Of a DNA stretch of 64,000 nucleotides, positions 1 through 11,461 are shown piece after piece. The stretch comes from Camelus ferus (lineage: Eukaryota). Within the stretch, counting starts at the first letter, position 1, and each line of letters starts with the position of its first letter. A program made the translations under genes and the position numbers. The DNA lies in assembly GCF_009834535.1 (NCBI RefSeq), contig NC_045696.1, forward strand, positions 87,050,001 to 87,114,000, written 5' to 3'. The notes beneath the pieces were generated by a model that saw nothing but the letters and a program-made list of their open reading frames with translations, made no database searches and had not been told where the DNA came from.

Positions 1-78
1 AATTCTTTTATCAGCTCTAATAGTTTTTGTGTGGAGCTTTTAGAGTTTTCTGTGTATAGTATCATGTCATCCACATAC
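1..78 (-). mobile_element. L1 ORF2 fragment (antisense), probably the inverted 5' part of the adjacent L1
   Basis: ttttctgtgtatagtatcatgtcatc is the reverse complement of the L1 RT YADD-region motif (gatgacatgatactatac); it abuts a sense L1 3' end. Confidence 0.7.
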
Positions 79-79
79 T

Positions 80-712
80 TAGGAAAGTATAAAAGGAACT
101 CAAATAGAAATGCACCCCAGTTTTCATAGCAGCACTATATACAATAACCAAGACATAGAAACAACCTAAATGTCCATCAACATGGGATAAAGAATCTGTA
201 GTATATTTATACAATGGAATACTACTTAGCTATAAAAAGAATGAAATAATGCCATTTGCAGCAACATGGATGGATCTGGAGATCATATTCTAAGTGAAGT
301 AAGCCAGAAAGAGAAAGAAAAATACCATATGATATAACTCATATGTAGAATCTTTAAAAAAAAATGAAAACAAAAAAGAAGACACTAATAAACTTATCTA
401 CAAAACAGAAACAGATTTGCAGACACAGTAAACAAACTTATGGTCACTGAGGGGAAGGGAGTGGGAAGGGAGAAATTGAGAGTCTGAGATTTGTAAATAT
501 ATTAACTGTTATATAAAATAGATAAAAAACAAATTTCTTCTGTATAGCACAGGGAACTATATTCAAGATCGTGTAGTAACCTATGATGAAAAAGAATATG
601 AAAATATATGTATGTATATGTATGAGTGAAACATTACACTATATACCAGAAATTGACACATTATAATTGACTATACTTTAATCAGTCAACTAATTAATTA
701 AGTTTAAAAGAA
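80..712 (+). mobile_element. L1 3' end (end of ORF2 plus 3' UTR), artiodactyl type
   Basis: Typical L1 motifs (aacctaaatgtccatcaa, gccatttgcagcaacatggatggatctggag, ctaagtgaagtaagccag, tatagcacagggaactatattcaa); degenerate A-rich tail. Confidence 0.9.
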
Positions 713-1601
713 AAGTTGAATATCTACTAGTTATAATCTCACTTGAGTCAAGTTGGAACCATAAATAGTGAAACTTGCTATGTAAGGAATCAGAGATTCC
801 TGATTTTCAAATGCTGATATAATCATTATGCTTCTAAAGATTGCACAACTTAAAATCTTTTCAAATTATTTTAACTAGTGTCACCTTATAAGGTATTTCT
901 AAAAGTTTTAAGTCAGAGCTTTTCATATAAGTTGCATTATCTACCTGCTTAGAAAAAATTAAGGAATATTATTTATCAAGTTACTAAATGTCTATTTTAA
1001 AAATAATTATTTTTGAAATGCACTAGTACATTTTAAAAGCATGTGCTAGCCAATTAAATTTAAGAGCAGTAGCTGAAATTCAATTAAGTTTCATGTGTTT
1101 GTTTCATAAACAATGTGCTGATTTTATATGAGGAGGAGTGAAGAGAGGAAGGCCAGCTTCCCAAGGGCTGTACTGAACCCAACTGTGAATGTGTCAAGGT
1201 TCCAGAGCCAGGCAGGCTCAGCCTGAACAGTCACCCCACTCCTCAACCCGGCCTTTCATGCAGGATCTTCACCAGCCTGGTTGGGTCATTGTTGTGTACC
1301 TCACAGATGGCTTCCTAGGCTGGTTCTGCCAGGCCCCTGGTGCTGCTCTCCTGGGTGGACAGGGTTGGGACTGGAGGGAGCCAGGAGCACTGGCTTCTCC
1401 CTGAGGACTTGGAGCACAAGAGCGCTTAATGATTTATTTTGCTATTTTCTAATTTTACACCAAATACTTCTCCAAAATGCTAACAAAACATTACAAAGTG
1501 TTTTTGTTTTGCTGGAAAACTAGGATATTTAAGCATTTAATTAAAAAACATTTTGCAAAACATATTTTTGCACGTAGCATATATCATGTTTGTATTTGGA
1601 G

Positions 1602-1680
1602 GTATTCTTCCTGAAGCAGTTGCAAGGATGATTTTTATTTTAATTCATATATCTACAGATCTTCAACTTCCTCCATTTAG
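1602..1680 (+). pseudogene. Candidate pseudo-exon (ILPEAVARMIFILIHISTDLQLPPF)
   Basis: tttgtatttggag| ... TTTAG|gtattt; open frame, phase 1 to 2; an alternative acceptor lies at 1658. Confidence 0.4.
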
Positions 1681-2350
1681 GTATTTGTCAATTTAGCACT
1701 GATTCTTACATATTAGCTCATACTGAACATTCTAACCACTAAATACTGATAATGATACTTAGGGTAAACATTTATGTGATACTTACAATGTAAACAGGTC
1801 TATTCTAAGTTTTCATGTATTAATCCATTGAATCCCCCAAACAATTGTATTAGGTGGACACTTTTTATCATTCACTATTTTATTATACATAAGCCATAGA
1901 GTTTAAGAAATTTACCCAGATGTGGAATTAAAAGCCCAGAAAGCCTGATTCAGAAAATATGCTACTATTTTGCTGTCCTAACTCTACATAAATATAAACC
2001 ATCAAAAAAAAATCAAAAGCAAATACAAGCTGATTTAAACTTTAAAAAGGGCAAAAAAAATGTTATAGCTATTATCTTGAGAAGATTATAATGCAAAAGT
2101 TCTCACTGATCTTCCTGATGCATAAAAATCATTCCTTTTCCAAAAATAGGAATGCTTTCCTATTACTATGGTTTCTTTCAGACCATTCCTTCTGACATTC
2201 CCTCCACCACTAGTTTCTATAATTCTCAAAATTATCTTAACCCATGGTATTCTAACTATGCTAATAAGAAATCTCTTTCCTTTCAAATCTTCAGAAGATA
2301 TCCTGTAATTTTACATATTATATCACTATCATTTATGACTAAAGTTGTAT

Positions 2351-2991
2351 GGTTAATGAACCAAACTTGGTTCATTTGCTAGAGGCATAGCAAAAGCAAT
2401 CTACTGATACCGTGTTGTGCTGAAAGTACATTTATTGCAGGGCCAAGCAAGGCCAAGTTCATGCTCAAAAGACCAAAATTTCCTGATGGTTTTTAGGGAA
2501 GGGTTTTAAAGACAGTGTGAGGGAGAGGGTCACAGAGTATGTGATCAGCTTGTGTACAATTCTCTGACTGGCTGATGGTGAGGTAACTAAGTGATGTTTT
2601 GGGAATCTCAATCATCAGCGCAACTGGTCTGGGGGGGGGTCTCCCTGCTGGTGGTCAGCATGCAGTTAACTAATTACACCTGGTGGCGGTTTTAGTCTCT
2701 GCCAAAAACAAAACAAAACAAAACAAAAACTTCAGGATATGGCTCAGGATATTATCTATAGCCCTTGAGGAGGAACTAATGGTCCTTGACTGTGGTTTAT
2801 TGCTAAACTATTATTATTTTGTCTTGCTTGACTGTTTTCCTTTTGTTTCTGCATTAAAAAAAATTTTCTGATTAAATTTGTTCTTTAGAAATTGGGGAAG
2901 GTCTAGGAGGCTAAAGCTTCTTTACAAACAAGAGGCAGGGGTGGGGTGGGGCTGTCCATGGGAAACCCCCACGTAGTCCTGCTCGGTTTCA
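2351..2991 (-). mobile_element. Solo LTR, ERV1-like
   Basis: Minus strand begins TGAAACCGAGCAGGAC and ends ...TTCATTAACC (degenerate CA end); minus-strand AATAAA near 2431; imperfect 4-bp flanks gtat/atat; more GC-rich than flanks. Confidence 0.75.
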
Positions 2992-3202
2992 ATATACCAT
3001 GGAAAATCTCATGTCTTCACCAAAATAGTATCTGTCTTTCTTAAGACAGTTATGTAATTGTTGTCTCTTCTTTTATCTATGTCCCACTTAGGTGCAATCA
3101 TTAATTTCTGTGTCTGAGTTTATTCAGCCCTATATCTCTATCCTCCCATATCTACCAACCTAAACAACTATAGTTCCCTTAAATGAATGTGTTTTATTCA
3201 AG

Positions 3203-3501
3203 GGAAAACTGCTTGAAATAAAATGTATCAAACACTCACAAAGAATATACTGAATCAGTTAGGCAATACTTCAGTGTCAACTTGGAAGAAAGTAATTTAC
3301 AGAATTGAATTAAAATAAATTTTAAAACCAAGAAATAAGATTGAGGAATGTCATATACTAGACTACCTCTATTTCCTTCTGTCTGAAACATATTCTCTGA
3401 ATGAAGATTCTAAAGAAGAAGCAATGCTGGAGATGGTCCGGAATTTCCATTTTCTGGGGAAAGGACAAAACCTTACCAGCAATAAAATCACTGCCATTAC
3501 A
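3203..3501 (+). pseudogene. Pseudo-exon (KTA*NKMYQTLTKNILNQLG...ILDYLYFLLSETYSLNEDSKEEAMLEMVRNFHFLGKGQNLTSNKITAIT)
   Basis: gttttattcaag| ... ATTACA|gtatct; 99 codons with only two stops (3214 TGA, 3316 TAA) in very AT-rich DNA; phase-0 end matches the next exon; 5' boundary uncertain. Confidence 0.6.
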
Positions 3502-4050
3502 GTATCTATTACTGTAAAAATTTCCTGCATACTATGTAAGTCTATGACTTGTAACCTTTCAGGTTGTATAAATACAAAATATAAAAGACATTTTTCAAGG
3601 ACATTTGTCACCAGGTTAGAGTGATTTTAAAATTATACTAATACTATTAATTTGGGGTTATTTGCTATTTTATGTATTTCAGTAAAAATAAAAGATGTTT
3701 TAAAATATTAATATAAAATTTTTAAGAAAAAAATGTACTTTGAAAGTTATGTGTGTGCACTTTGGAAATAAACATGGAAAGAATATTACAAATCCTAGGG
3801 AGTCCATAAAAAAAAGTAGAACAATAATAAAGAGTCTAGCAAAAGTGACAAGCTGACAATTTGACTTTTAAGTTTTCTTATTACACAAAAAATTCAATTA
3901 AAACTCCATTTTATACCTTTTACAAAATGATTTTAATTTACTTTTAATCAATGAAAACTACATGTAACCCCAGCTTAGAGCTGGTCTTCCAAAGCCGGAA
4001 CTTTCCCCCACAGAGCACCACATTTATATACTCCTTTTTCCTCCTAACAG

Positions 4051-4167
4051 AGTTGCACAGAGGATCAATACCAGTTGTTAGCTGCTGTGGCCCAGAAATT
4101 TTATATCTGCCCATCCTGTAGATCTGTAATAAAACTTTGAGACTATAGAAACAGAAAGATTACATGG
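4051..4167 (+). pseudogene. Pseudo-exon (SCTEDQYQLLAAVAQKFYICPSCRSVIKL*...)
   Basis: Strong acceptor ctcctttttcctcctaacag|; phase 0; donor position uncertain (4125-4167). Confidence 0.65.
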
Positions 4168-5693
4168 GTGATGATCAGCAATCTCAAATATTTAGGAAGT
4201 GTATGAAATTGCTATAAAATGTCTTATTTGCAGCTTTTTTTGGCACTGAATTTGCAACTTAGCACTATGAAAATGTTTCCATTTGGTCATCAGCAGAGCT
4301 AAAGCACAGATAATTTGTTTAGACTCCAAAGATGATAATTAAGGTTATTACAGTGATAACCCCAAGCATTTTTGTAGATTTTCTAGGCAGGAATAATAAC
4401 CAGATCATCTTTTAATTAAAATGATAGTCATTTTGTTTTCTAAAAAAAAAATTGGACCCCATTTTATTGTCAGTTCAATGGTATTTTTAATAGATTAAAC
4501 ACCTATTTTAGTTTTCATTTGACATTAAAACACTTTTGTTTTATGTGATCTATAATATAAAAAACTAAATATAAAATATTATTATAATACCTATAGTAGT
4601 AAAACATAATACATTTTTAAGGAGGCAACTGGGTTTTTTAATACAATTATGGCTATTACAATTTTACATGTTCTTCTTTAACAGAAAAAGTACAGATATT
4701 ACTCTCTTGCAAACTTTAAATAAGTAAATGGATATATAAAAATGTAATTGAACAAAGGTAATGCTCTTAAGTGAATAATTTTGTCTTTATAATTATAGCT
4801 TTTCTTTCTCAGTAGTATTATTTATAAATTGAAAGTTAGATTTCTAAATATTTAAGAGCAACCTAAAGACTAGTAGATACTTAAGTAACTTTATAGGTAA
4901 AGGAAAGATTGCTGGATCGGGATTTATAAAACCAGGATTTATTAAGGATATATAAAATAGACCAGATTAGGGATATCCTTTGAACTACAGAGCTTGATTT
5001 AAAGAAATTGAGGTTTGTTGTTAAATATTTTACTTCCTTAACAAAATTTCTTCAAGATTAGAACAGTTTCACACTGTTTTTCATTAAATTTGTTTTATTC
5101 TCTTTCAAACTAAATTTGTGACTGTAATCATTCCTCATTTTATCTTTAACAGTTAAAGTGGTAAAAGTTTTAAATACCTTATTTCAGAAAACTAACCACT
5201 AACTAATGTTAATTTTAAAACCACAATATTGTTTTTAGTTTCACTTTTACATTCAAAATATTGGATAGAAACTAGTAGGCTGCATGAAAGAGAGACAGCA
5301 ATTTAGGGCAAACAATATTTTTTTAAAATATAATATCCCATTATTCTTAGCGTCATCGAAATGGGGAGTTAGTGAAACAGTTTTGTTCCAATTATGTGAC
5401 TTGGAACTAGGTTACATTAACTTTCTTTGTTTCTTTAACTACAAAATAAAGGACTTGAAGTGAATGATGTTATAGTGCAATAGTATGTATTTGTGTTTAG
5501 GAATATAATGATGTTTTTGACCCTTTACATTGTAGCTGATCATTAATACAAACAAAAAGTATCAGGTTTTATGCATAATACCAGAGGAATGTGAATGAAA
5601 GGGATGTTTTGTCTCTTTCTTCCTTTCCTATGGGCAGACTTGATAGATCCTGAGATGGCAGAGCTAAAGGATAGGAGCCCTGATGTATACGTA

Positions 5694-5779
5694 TATGTGT
5701 GTGTGTGTGTGTGCGTGTGTGTGTGTATGGGTATATGTATATATACATATGTATATCTATTCACACATACACACACATA
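5694..5779. repeat. (GT)n / (AT)n / (CA)n compound microsatellite
   Basis: Directly visible. Confidence 0.95.
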
Positions 5780-5929
5780 ACAACATACGGTAAACATATG
5801 GTAACAAGTACTGATACACTAAGCATTATTTTAGTGGCCCACACATGTGCTAAGATAAAACCTTAGCCCTGTGAATATCTGCAAGACTAAAGTTTTGGGA
5901 ATGTGTCTGAATGAGGAATTATTTTGGCA

Positions 5930-6280
5930 ATTACAAGAAACATAAAGAAGTCAAAGTGGCTAGAGCAGAGTGAGCAAGGAAGGGGAAAGAGAGGAGAGGG
6001 TGGAGGGATTGGGAAGGGCTAAATGATAGAGGACTAAGTAAACTATGTTGCATGGGGGATGAGTTTGCTTCCATTGAAACAAACAAACTTAAAGCAGGGA
6101 AGTGGTGAAATAAAAATTGTCTTACAAAAAGTTCACTATGGCTCCTGAGGATCAAGGGAGGCAAAAGTGAAAGCAGATTAACAATTATGAAATTATTGCA
6201 AAAGTCCAGGGTGAGACCCCGGTGCTTTTGGAGGATGGTGACACTTAAGCTTGAGAAATGTAGGTAGAGATTAACGTTCA
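5930..6280 (-). mobile_element. L2 fragment
   Basis: Purine-rich antisense L2 motifs (gtggctagagcagagtgagcaagg, attgcaaaagtccagggtgaga). Confidence 0.65.
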
Positions 6281-6946
6281 GTGAATGCAGGAGATGGAAA
6301 CCTCCAGAACGTGAAACACCAGTGATTACATTTCTGAAAGCAAGTGTTTTATTTCTAGCTAAGGTACTTATAACTTTTTCCTAAATCAGATTACACTCAC
6401 AGTCAGAGGTGCGACTGAAAGAGGATTATAATCCTACTCTATTAAAATTTGTTCCATGAACTCTACTACATATGTTTCAAATACATTTAAAATAATACTT
6501 TATATCCTGTAATTTTCTTTTGATAGACAGAAGCACTTAAATTTTCAGTTCTCAGAGTATTTTTATAGTATCCTTAAAAATATTTACAACCCCAGAGAGA
6601 TTTTTCTTTTTTTATTGTGGTATGTCTATTTATATATTCCCCGTTAGGAATTAAAATGAGGAATTTAAAAATACTAATTACATCATATAAAATAAAAATT
6701 AACTCATCACAAAAACATTTAAATGAACATTAAATATTATAAAACCAAAAGAATTAGATAAGAGGACATTGTTTTACATTTCTGCCAATCTCATGGATTT
6801 TCCTACTATAAGTGGATTCTCATATTTATTTCCACAGTCAGTCATGTTTTGTTCTGGTTAAAGTTCATGTAGAAAACCCGTCTTCACACAGGCCTATGTG
6901 AATATACATGTTTGAGTCCACACTCAAGTTTGACAGGTGTTAGTTC

Positions 6947-7497
6947 TGTCGGCGGCAAAGCCCATTAACAATTTCCAGGAAATAAAAATAGAATCCAGAT
7001 AATAAAATGAAGTCTAACCTTTTTTGCTTCGTTTCCTTCTTGCTCAGTCTAGTCTCACTTGCTCACACAGTGCCGGGGAGTGCTGCGTGCAGAGCCCCTG
7101 CTCCTGCACCTCAGACCAGAGTTTCTCTTGGGAAGAGGCGAAAAAGCGGCATGGCGCACCTCAGCGACCAGAGCTCTGTAGAGACTCCGTGTCTCAAGAT
7201 GGCGGCGGCGGCGTGAGGGCAGAGACGCCGCACGCGCGCTGCAGTCTGGACTGTGAGCAGCGCAGCTGTGCCCAACCCCCCAGGACCCCGCCCCCTTCCC
7301 CACAGAGGAGGCCCTGGTAAAGCAGCCCCGCCCACCGCCTGTGGGAGAGAGCGTGTACCTGCCGCTTCAGCTCCAGCTCTCTTTCTTGATAAAAGAAAAG
7401 AGCTTGGCTTCTGAACAGTACTGGGTCTCCTTCTATTGGCTCAAATGACCATGAGCTGGAGGACTGCTGGGGCCCCGACTTGAAGGGGTAGGTAACA
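6947..7497. mobile_element. Solo LTR (551 bp, TG...CA), ERV1-like, CpG-rich
   Basis: Starts TGTCGGCGGC, ends GGTAACA; flanks gttc/gttt (4-bp TSD, one mismatch); interrupts otherwise continuous Charlie1 sequence. Confidence 0.7.
7070..7440. promoter_or_regulatory. CpG-island promoter candidate
   Basis: Only CpG-dense region in the window; YY1 consensus CAAGATGGCGGC 7195-7206; NRF1-like CGCACGCGCGC 7229-7239; GC boxes 7286-7295 and 7326-7333; CCAAT (minus strand) 7435-7439. Confidence 0.75.
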
Positions 7498-7949
7498 GTT
7501 TCTTTAAAATTGCTTTCGTATGGAATCTGAAAACATATTAATTCACTTTTTGTACTGTTATAATACGGTCCATTGATCTGTCTTGCCTTTCCACTGCATT
7601 CCTGTCCATTTGTGATGTTACAGTCATTAAGGATATATTGGTTCACTGTGTTATGCATATGTGCCAGATACCGACATGCCTTTAACATCAAATACATTTG
7701 CTACTATTACCTCCAATTTTATCAACAAAAACTTTATAAGCAAGGTGTGAAGGTTTCAGTGGTAGATTAAGTTTTGCAAAATTCTAATACTTGGTTAAAA
7801 ACTCAAATGTTACCATTCACAGCAGTATCATTTGTTTTCCCTGAAGAAACAAGTCTGTTTCTTTACTTTTTTACAAACAGCCAAGTCTGAAGGAGCATAG
7901 TGTGTCTGTCATAAGTTCTTTCTGATGAAAACGGTTTTCATTAAAAACA

Positions 7950-9943
7950 ACCGGACTTGCCAGCCGTCCCCTCCCGTCACGGAGGAGCGGAGAGCCTGAG
8001 CCGCCGCTGTAGCGAAGTTACGGTCCTTTGCTGTGAACTGAGGATGCTTCTCTCTCTCCTTAGTGTAGACGGTAGTTTGCATGGGGAAGACGTGGTGACA
8101 GTGTCTAAAATCTATCTGCAGGACCTTTCAGGGGCATTTAAGACAGCAACTAGGGAATTTGTACCATCTCAAAGCTAGACGCCCCGATTCAGCAAAAGAA
8201 AGAGGAGCAGGGTGGATCAGGGCTAGTAGTGTCCTGGCTCTGAGGAGAGCTCAGAGCATAGAGAGGAAGCAAGAGTGAGCCAAGTATTGTTAGTAGAATT
8301 TTCCTGTGCTTCGCTTGGAATGGCAGAGTATTCTGGTTCAGTCTTCTCTTGTTGTATCAAGTGTTTATTCCTGATCTTCAGTCAGTGAGAGCCCCAGTTA
8401 TTGGTGATCCATTACTACCTGGAGATGTTTGCTCGTGGCTGGACCTGTTCCTCACATCGATTTTCACTGCTCTTTGGGAGCTCACCCTGTTTTGTGCTTA
8501 GCAAAGCTGTGAAAGCGATTTGGTTTCAGGATACAGCTGATCTGGTATTTGAGGTATCAGGGAGGAAGTGCCCATTCCCTAGTGTCTTCAAGTAATTATT
8601 GAAATGCTCTACAGCCTTTTGCTGCAGGCTGTTTTCTTCATCCAGGGGATGTTTGTGAGTCTCTCAACTGGTTAATCTGCAGATGTCTCTTTCTCTATTT
8701 ACTATAATTGCTTTAAATACCATTGGTTCAGTAAAGAAATTGAAGTGCACCAGCCATTGTCTGTAGAAAGGAATCAGCCTTATGACTTTGGATTTGGTTT
8801 GTCCTTGGCTTTCCTCACAGCAATGCAATCCTCTTACATTATTGGTGGCTGCCTCTTTTTTATCCTCTTTCCTTTATTCATTATCAGTGCAAATGAAGTC
8901 CAACCCTGGCAAAGCCTACCTTTTCCAGCAACAGATTCTTAAGCAACAGATTCTTCCACAAGACAGTCTACCTGCAGTGTGCCCTAACTAGCTCAGCCTC
9001 TGCAGAGAAGTTCCCCTCAATGCATCAGTCTCCTGCCAAACTGAAGGTTGCTGCAGGCCACTGTGTTGCCAGCCACCCAGAGGGGATGGCTAGGATTGGA
9101 AGAACTCCCTAGTAGTTCTTTTCCTTATTTACCTCCCTGACTAGGGAAGGCAGGACCTACTCTGCCAAGGGCCCTCTGCACATTCATTTCTTTCTGAGGC
9201 ATTGCGATTTTTGTCTCTGGTGTGTGCGTAAGGCAGAGCCTTCCTGACACCAGTATGTGAATTTTTAACACTGGTAAATCCGAAAGGAAGGACAACCGGT
9301 TTTTCTGCAGCTCTTTTCTAGCATTTATCAGCCATCCCTGCCTGGACTGATTTGAATGTTTTTTCTCCTTGTGCCATTTACCCTCCCTCTTCCTCTTCCT
9401 GCATTCCACCACACTTGGATGAAAGGATTTTTGTAATTCTAGCTATGTATTTTGTGGATCTGTTATTTTTGTTTTCTGTGAAGCACATTTTGGGTGTGGG
9501 AGGTAAAGGAGAATCTCAGTGGCTCCTGGTCACTCCCTTTATAGCCATCACTGCCTGTCTTATTTCTTGTAACTCAGGTTAGATTTCGGTCTCTCTTATT
9601 CCATTGCCAAAATACAAACCTAAAGAGATGCAACAGGAGGAAAGACCTCACAGCCAGATCTACTGGGTTTTGAGGAGTGATTTTCTTTCTTCCCCTTGCA
9701 GGGGAAAATGCTCTTTTTCACTGGTACACTTCAAGTTCCCTAACTATAAGGAGGTACCAATTTTGGACAAGTACCACTGCAACACAGAATGCTCAGAGAA
9801 CCTGAACTTTTAAACTCTAGAGGTATGAAATTTATTCTTGCCCACTGCCAGGTCTGTCTGGTATTTCAAAGGATTATTGAGTGCTGCAAATAGGAACTGA
9901 AAGGGTAAAGGGATAAACTTATTAACCCATTAGGAAAAAAAAA
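7950..9943 (+). pseudogene. EI24: Processed pseudogene of EI24 (5' UTR, CDS remnant ~8092-9064, 3' UTR, residual poly-A)
   Basis: Frames give [71 protein letters not shown] and C-terminal [11 protein letters not shown], matching EI24; intronless; start and stop codons mutated; many frameshifts; A-run at ~9934-9943. Confidence 0.95.
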
Positions 9944-10854
9944 CTAATTCAACTTGCAGCTGAAACAACCACCTGACCCTTTCACACAGGTGCTTTTCCT
10001 GAGAACAACCATCACATTCAGGCAGCAGAAGCACTTGATGAAGTTTCCATTTCCTCACACAGAATATTGAAAAACATGTACTTTGGAGTCAAATTTAATC
10101 AAATCAATAACTTGCACTGTTTCATCAAAGACATCGTTAAGTGAAACCTACATGCCTTTACTGTAAGTTCACGATAAGAAAAATATAATACTAGTATAGT
10201 TGAGTGCCACTACTTTTATTCATGCCAAGGTGCCATAATTTTTATTTAAAATTGCTTTTGCAACATTAGTGCAAACTTCAGTTCAGCAAAATGCTTTGCT
10301 GTTATTACAAAAAATATTTTTAATCTTACTGACTTCCTAAAATGGTCTTAGGGACACTCAGAAGTTCATAGAAGGCACTTTAAAGACCACTGTGATAGCA
10401 TAATTAAATTACAGTATGCATTTTCATATAAATAATTTTGTGACTGTGTTTGGCATTTATTAATTTTTCTGTATTATATTGATGAATTGAAGAGGCTCAC
10501 ATTGCTTTAAATATCGGAGAAGTCTTCATCAGATGGATAGAAAACAAAGCACATCAAGGTGCATATGGTCAGGGCTTGATTGAATGAACTATGCAGCCAT
10601 TTAAGTCTAGTTAACTTTTCAACCTTTAGAAATTTCTTTAAAACCATAAATCACTCAAGTAAGTTATCCAATCATACCTTTACTTTAACACCCGAACAGG
10701 AGGGGAAATATCAAAATGCACAGAACCTTTTTCAAAGCTGTGGAAGTGATTTCTCACTTCCCTGTGGTTGTCTGACTCCAAAATCACAATCTATTACACA
10801 TTTCCATGATTGAAATGACAAAGTTGGAAATATTTATATTTATATTATAAATGT

Positions 10855-11208
10855 TTATATCAGGGACAAAGTTGTGTCCCTCTAAGCTCTAGCACTTCAA
10901 AATGTGACTGTATTCATAGAGTCTTAAAAACGAAAAGTAAATTAGTATCAGGTCTTCAGGGTGGGTCCTTAATCCAATGGGATTGATGTCCTTATAAGAA
11001 GAGGAGGTTAGGACACAGATACTCACAGAGAGAAGGATCATACGGGAACACCAGAGGAAGATGGACATCTGCAAACCTAGGTGGGAGGTGTAAGAAGAAA
11101 CCAACCCCAGTGATACCTTGATTCTTGACTGTGAAAAAAAAAAAAAAATTCTGTTGTTTAAACCACCTAATCTGTACTTTGTTATGGAAGCCCTTGCAAA
11201 CTAATAAA
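10855..11208 (+). mobile_element. MaLR LTR (MLT1A/B-like)
   Basis: aatgtgactgtatt, gggtgggtccttaatccaatg, gtccttataagaagagg, tttgttatggaagcccttgcaaactaata. Confidence 0.85.
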
Positions 11209-11461
11209 ATGTATTTGAAAAGTAACTGCTCCTAAAGCCAACTTAGGAAAGTTATATTTAATTGATAAAATTACACATTTGAATCTTTTATTTTCATTGG
11301 CTCCGAGTATAAATATATCCACAATCAAGCTATGCACTCACAAAATTCTAACATAAATTCCTTTCAGGTCTTATATTTTTTAAAGGAGAAACACAAGCAC
11401 AGGTACTGACTTTTGATTCCATTATTTTAGAAAATTCAAAATGTGAACAATAGCTTTTAAG

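Larger units (their letters stand above)
6545..10392. mobile_element. Charlie1-type hAT DNA transposon in three pieces (~6545-6946, 7498-~7950, ~9935-10392), split by an LTR and a retrocopy
   Basis: Pieces resemble consecutive parts of the Charlie1a consensus as I recall it (tggattctcatatt; tggaatctgaaaacatatt; atattggttcactgtgttatgca; cacacagaatattgaaaa; terminal cactttaaagaccactg) and rejoin across both insertions. Confidence 0.8.

Noticed and set aside
2086..2382. Opposing ORFs / possible minus-strand second exon
   Set aside because: No polypyrimidine tract, no recognisable protein; compatible with chance or an L2 remnant.
5637..5683. Possible small exon DLIDPEMAELKDRSPD
   Set aside because: Good acceptor but weak donor running into a microsatellite, and phase not matched to neighbours; unresolved.
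7194..7697. Longest supplied ORF (167 aa, minus) and the overlapping ORFs at 7007-7335
   Set aside because: They span Charlie1 and LTR sequence and the GC-rich island, where stops are rare; no recognisable cellular protein.
7950..9930. First read as an old L1/HAL1 5' region or a minus-strand coding remnant
   Set aside because: Plus-strand frames match EI24 colinearly.
10414..10559. Possible pseudo-exon (…LYYIDEL…EAHIAL…) ending AAG|gtgcat
   Set aside because: Needs frameshifts and has no clear acceptor; too weak to list as a feature.
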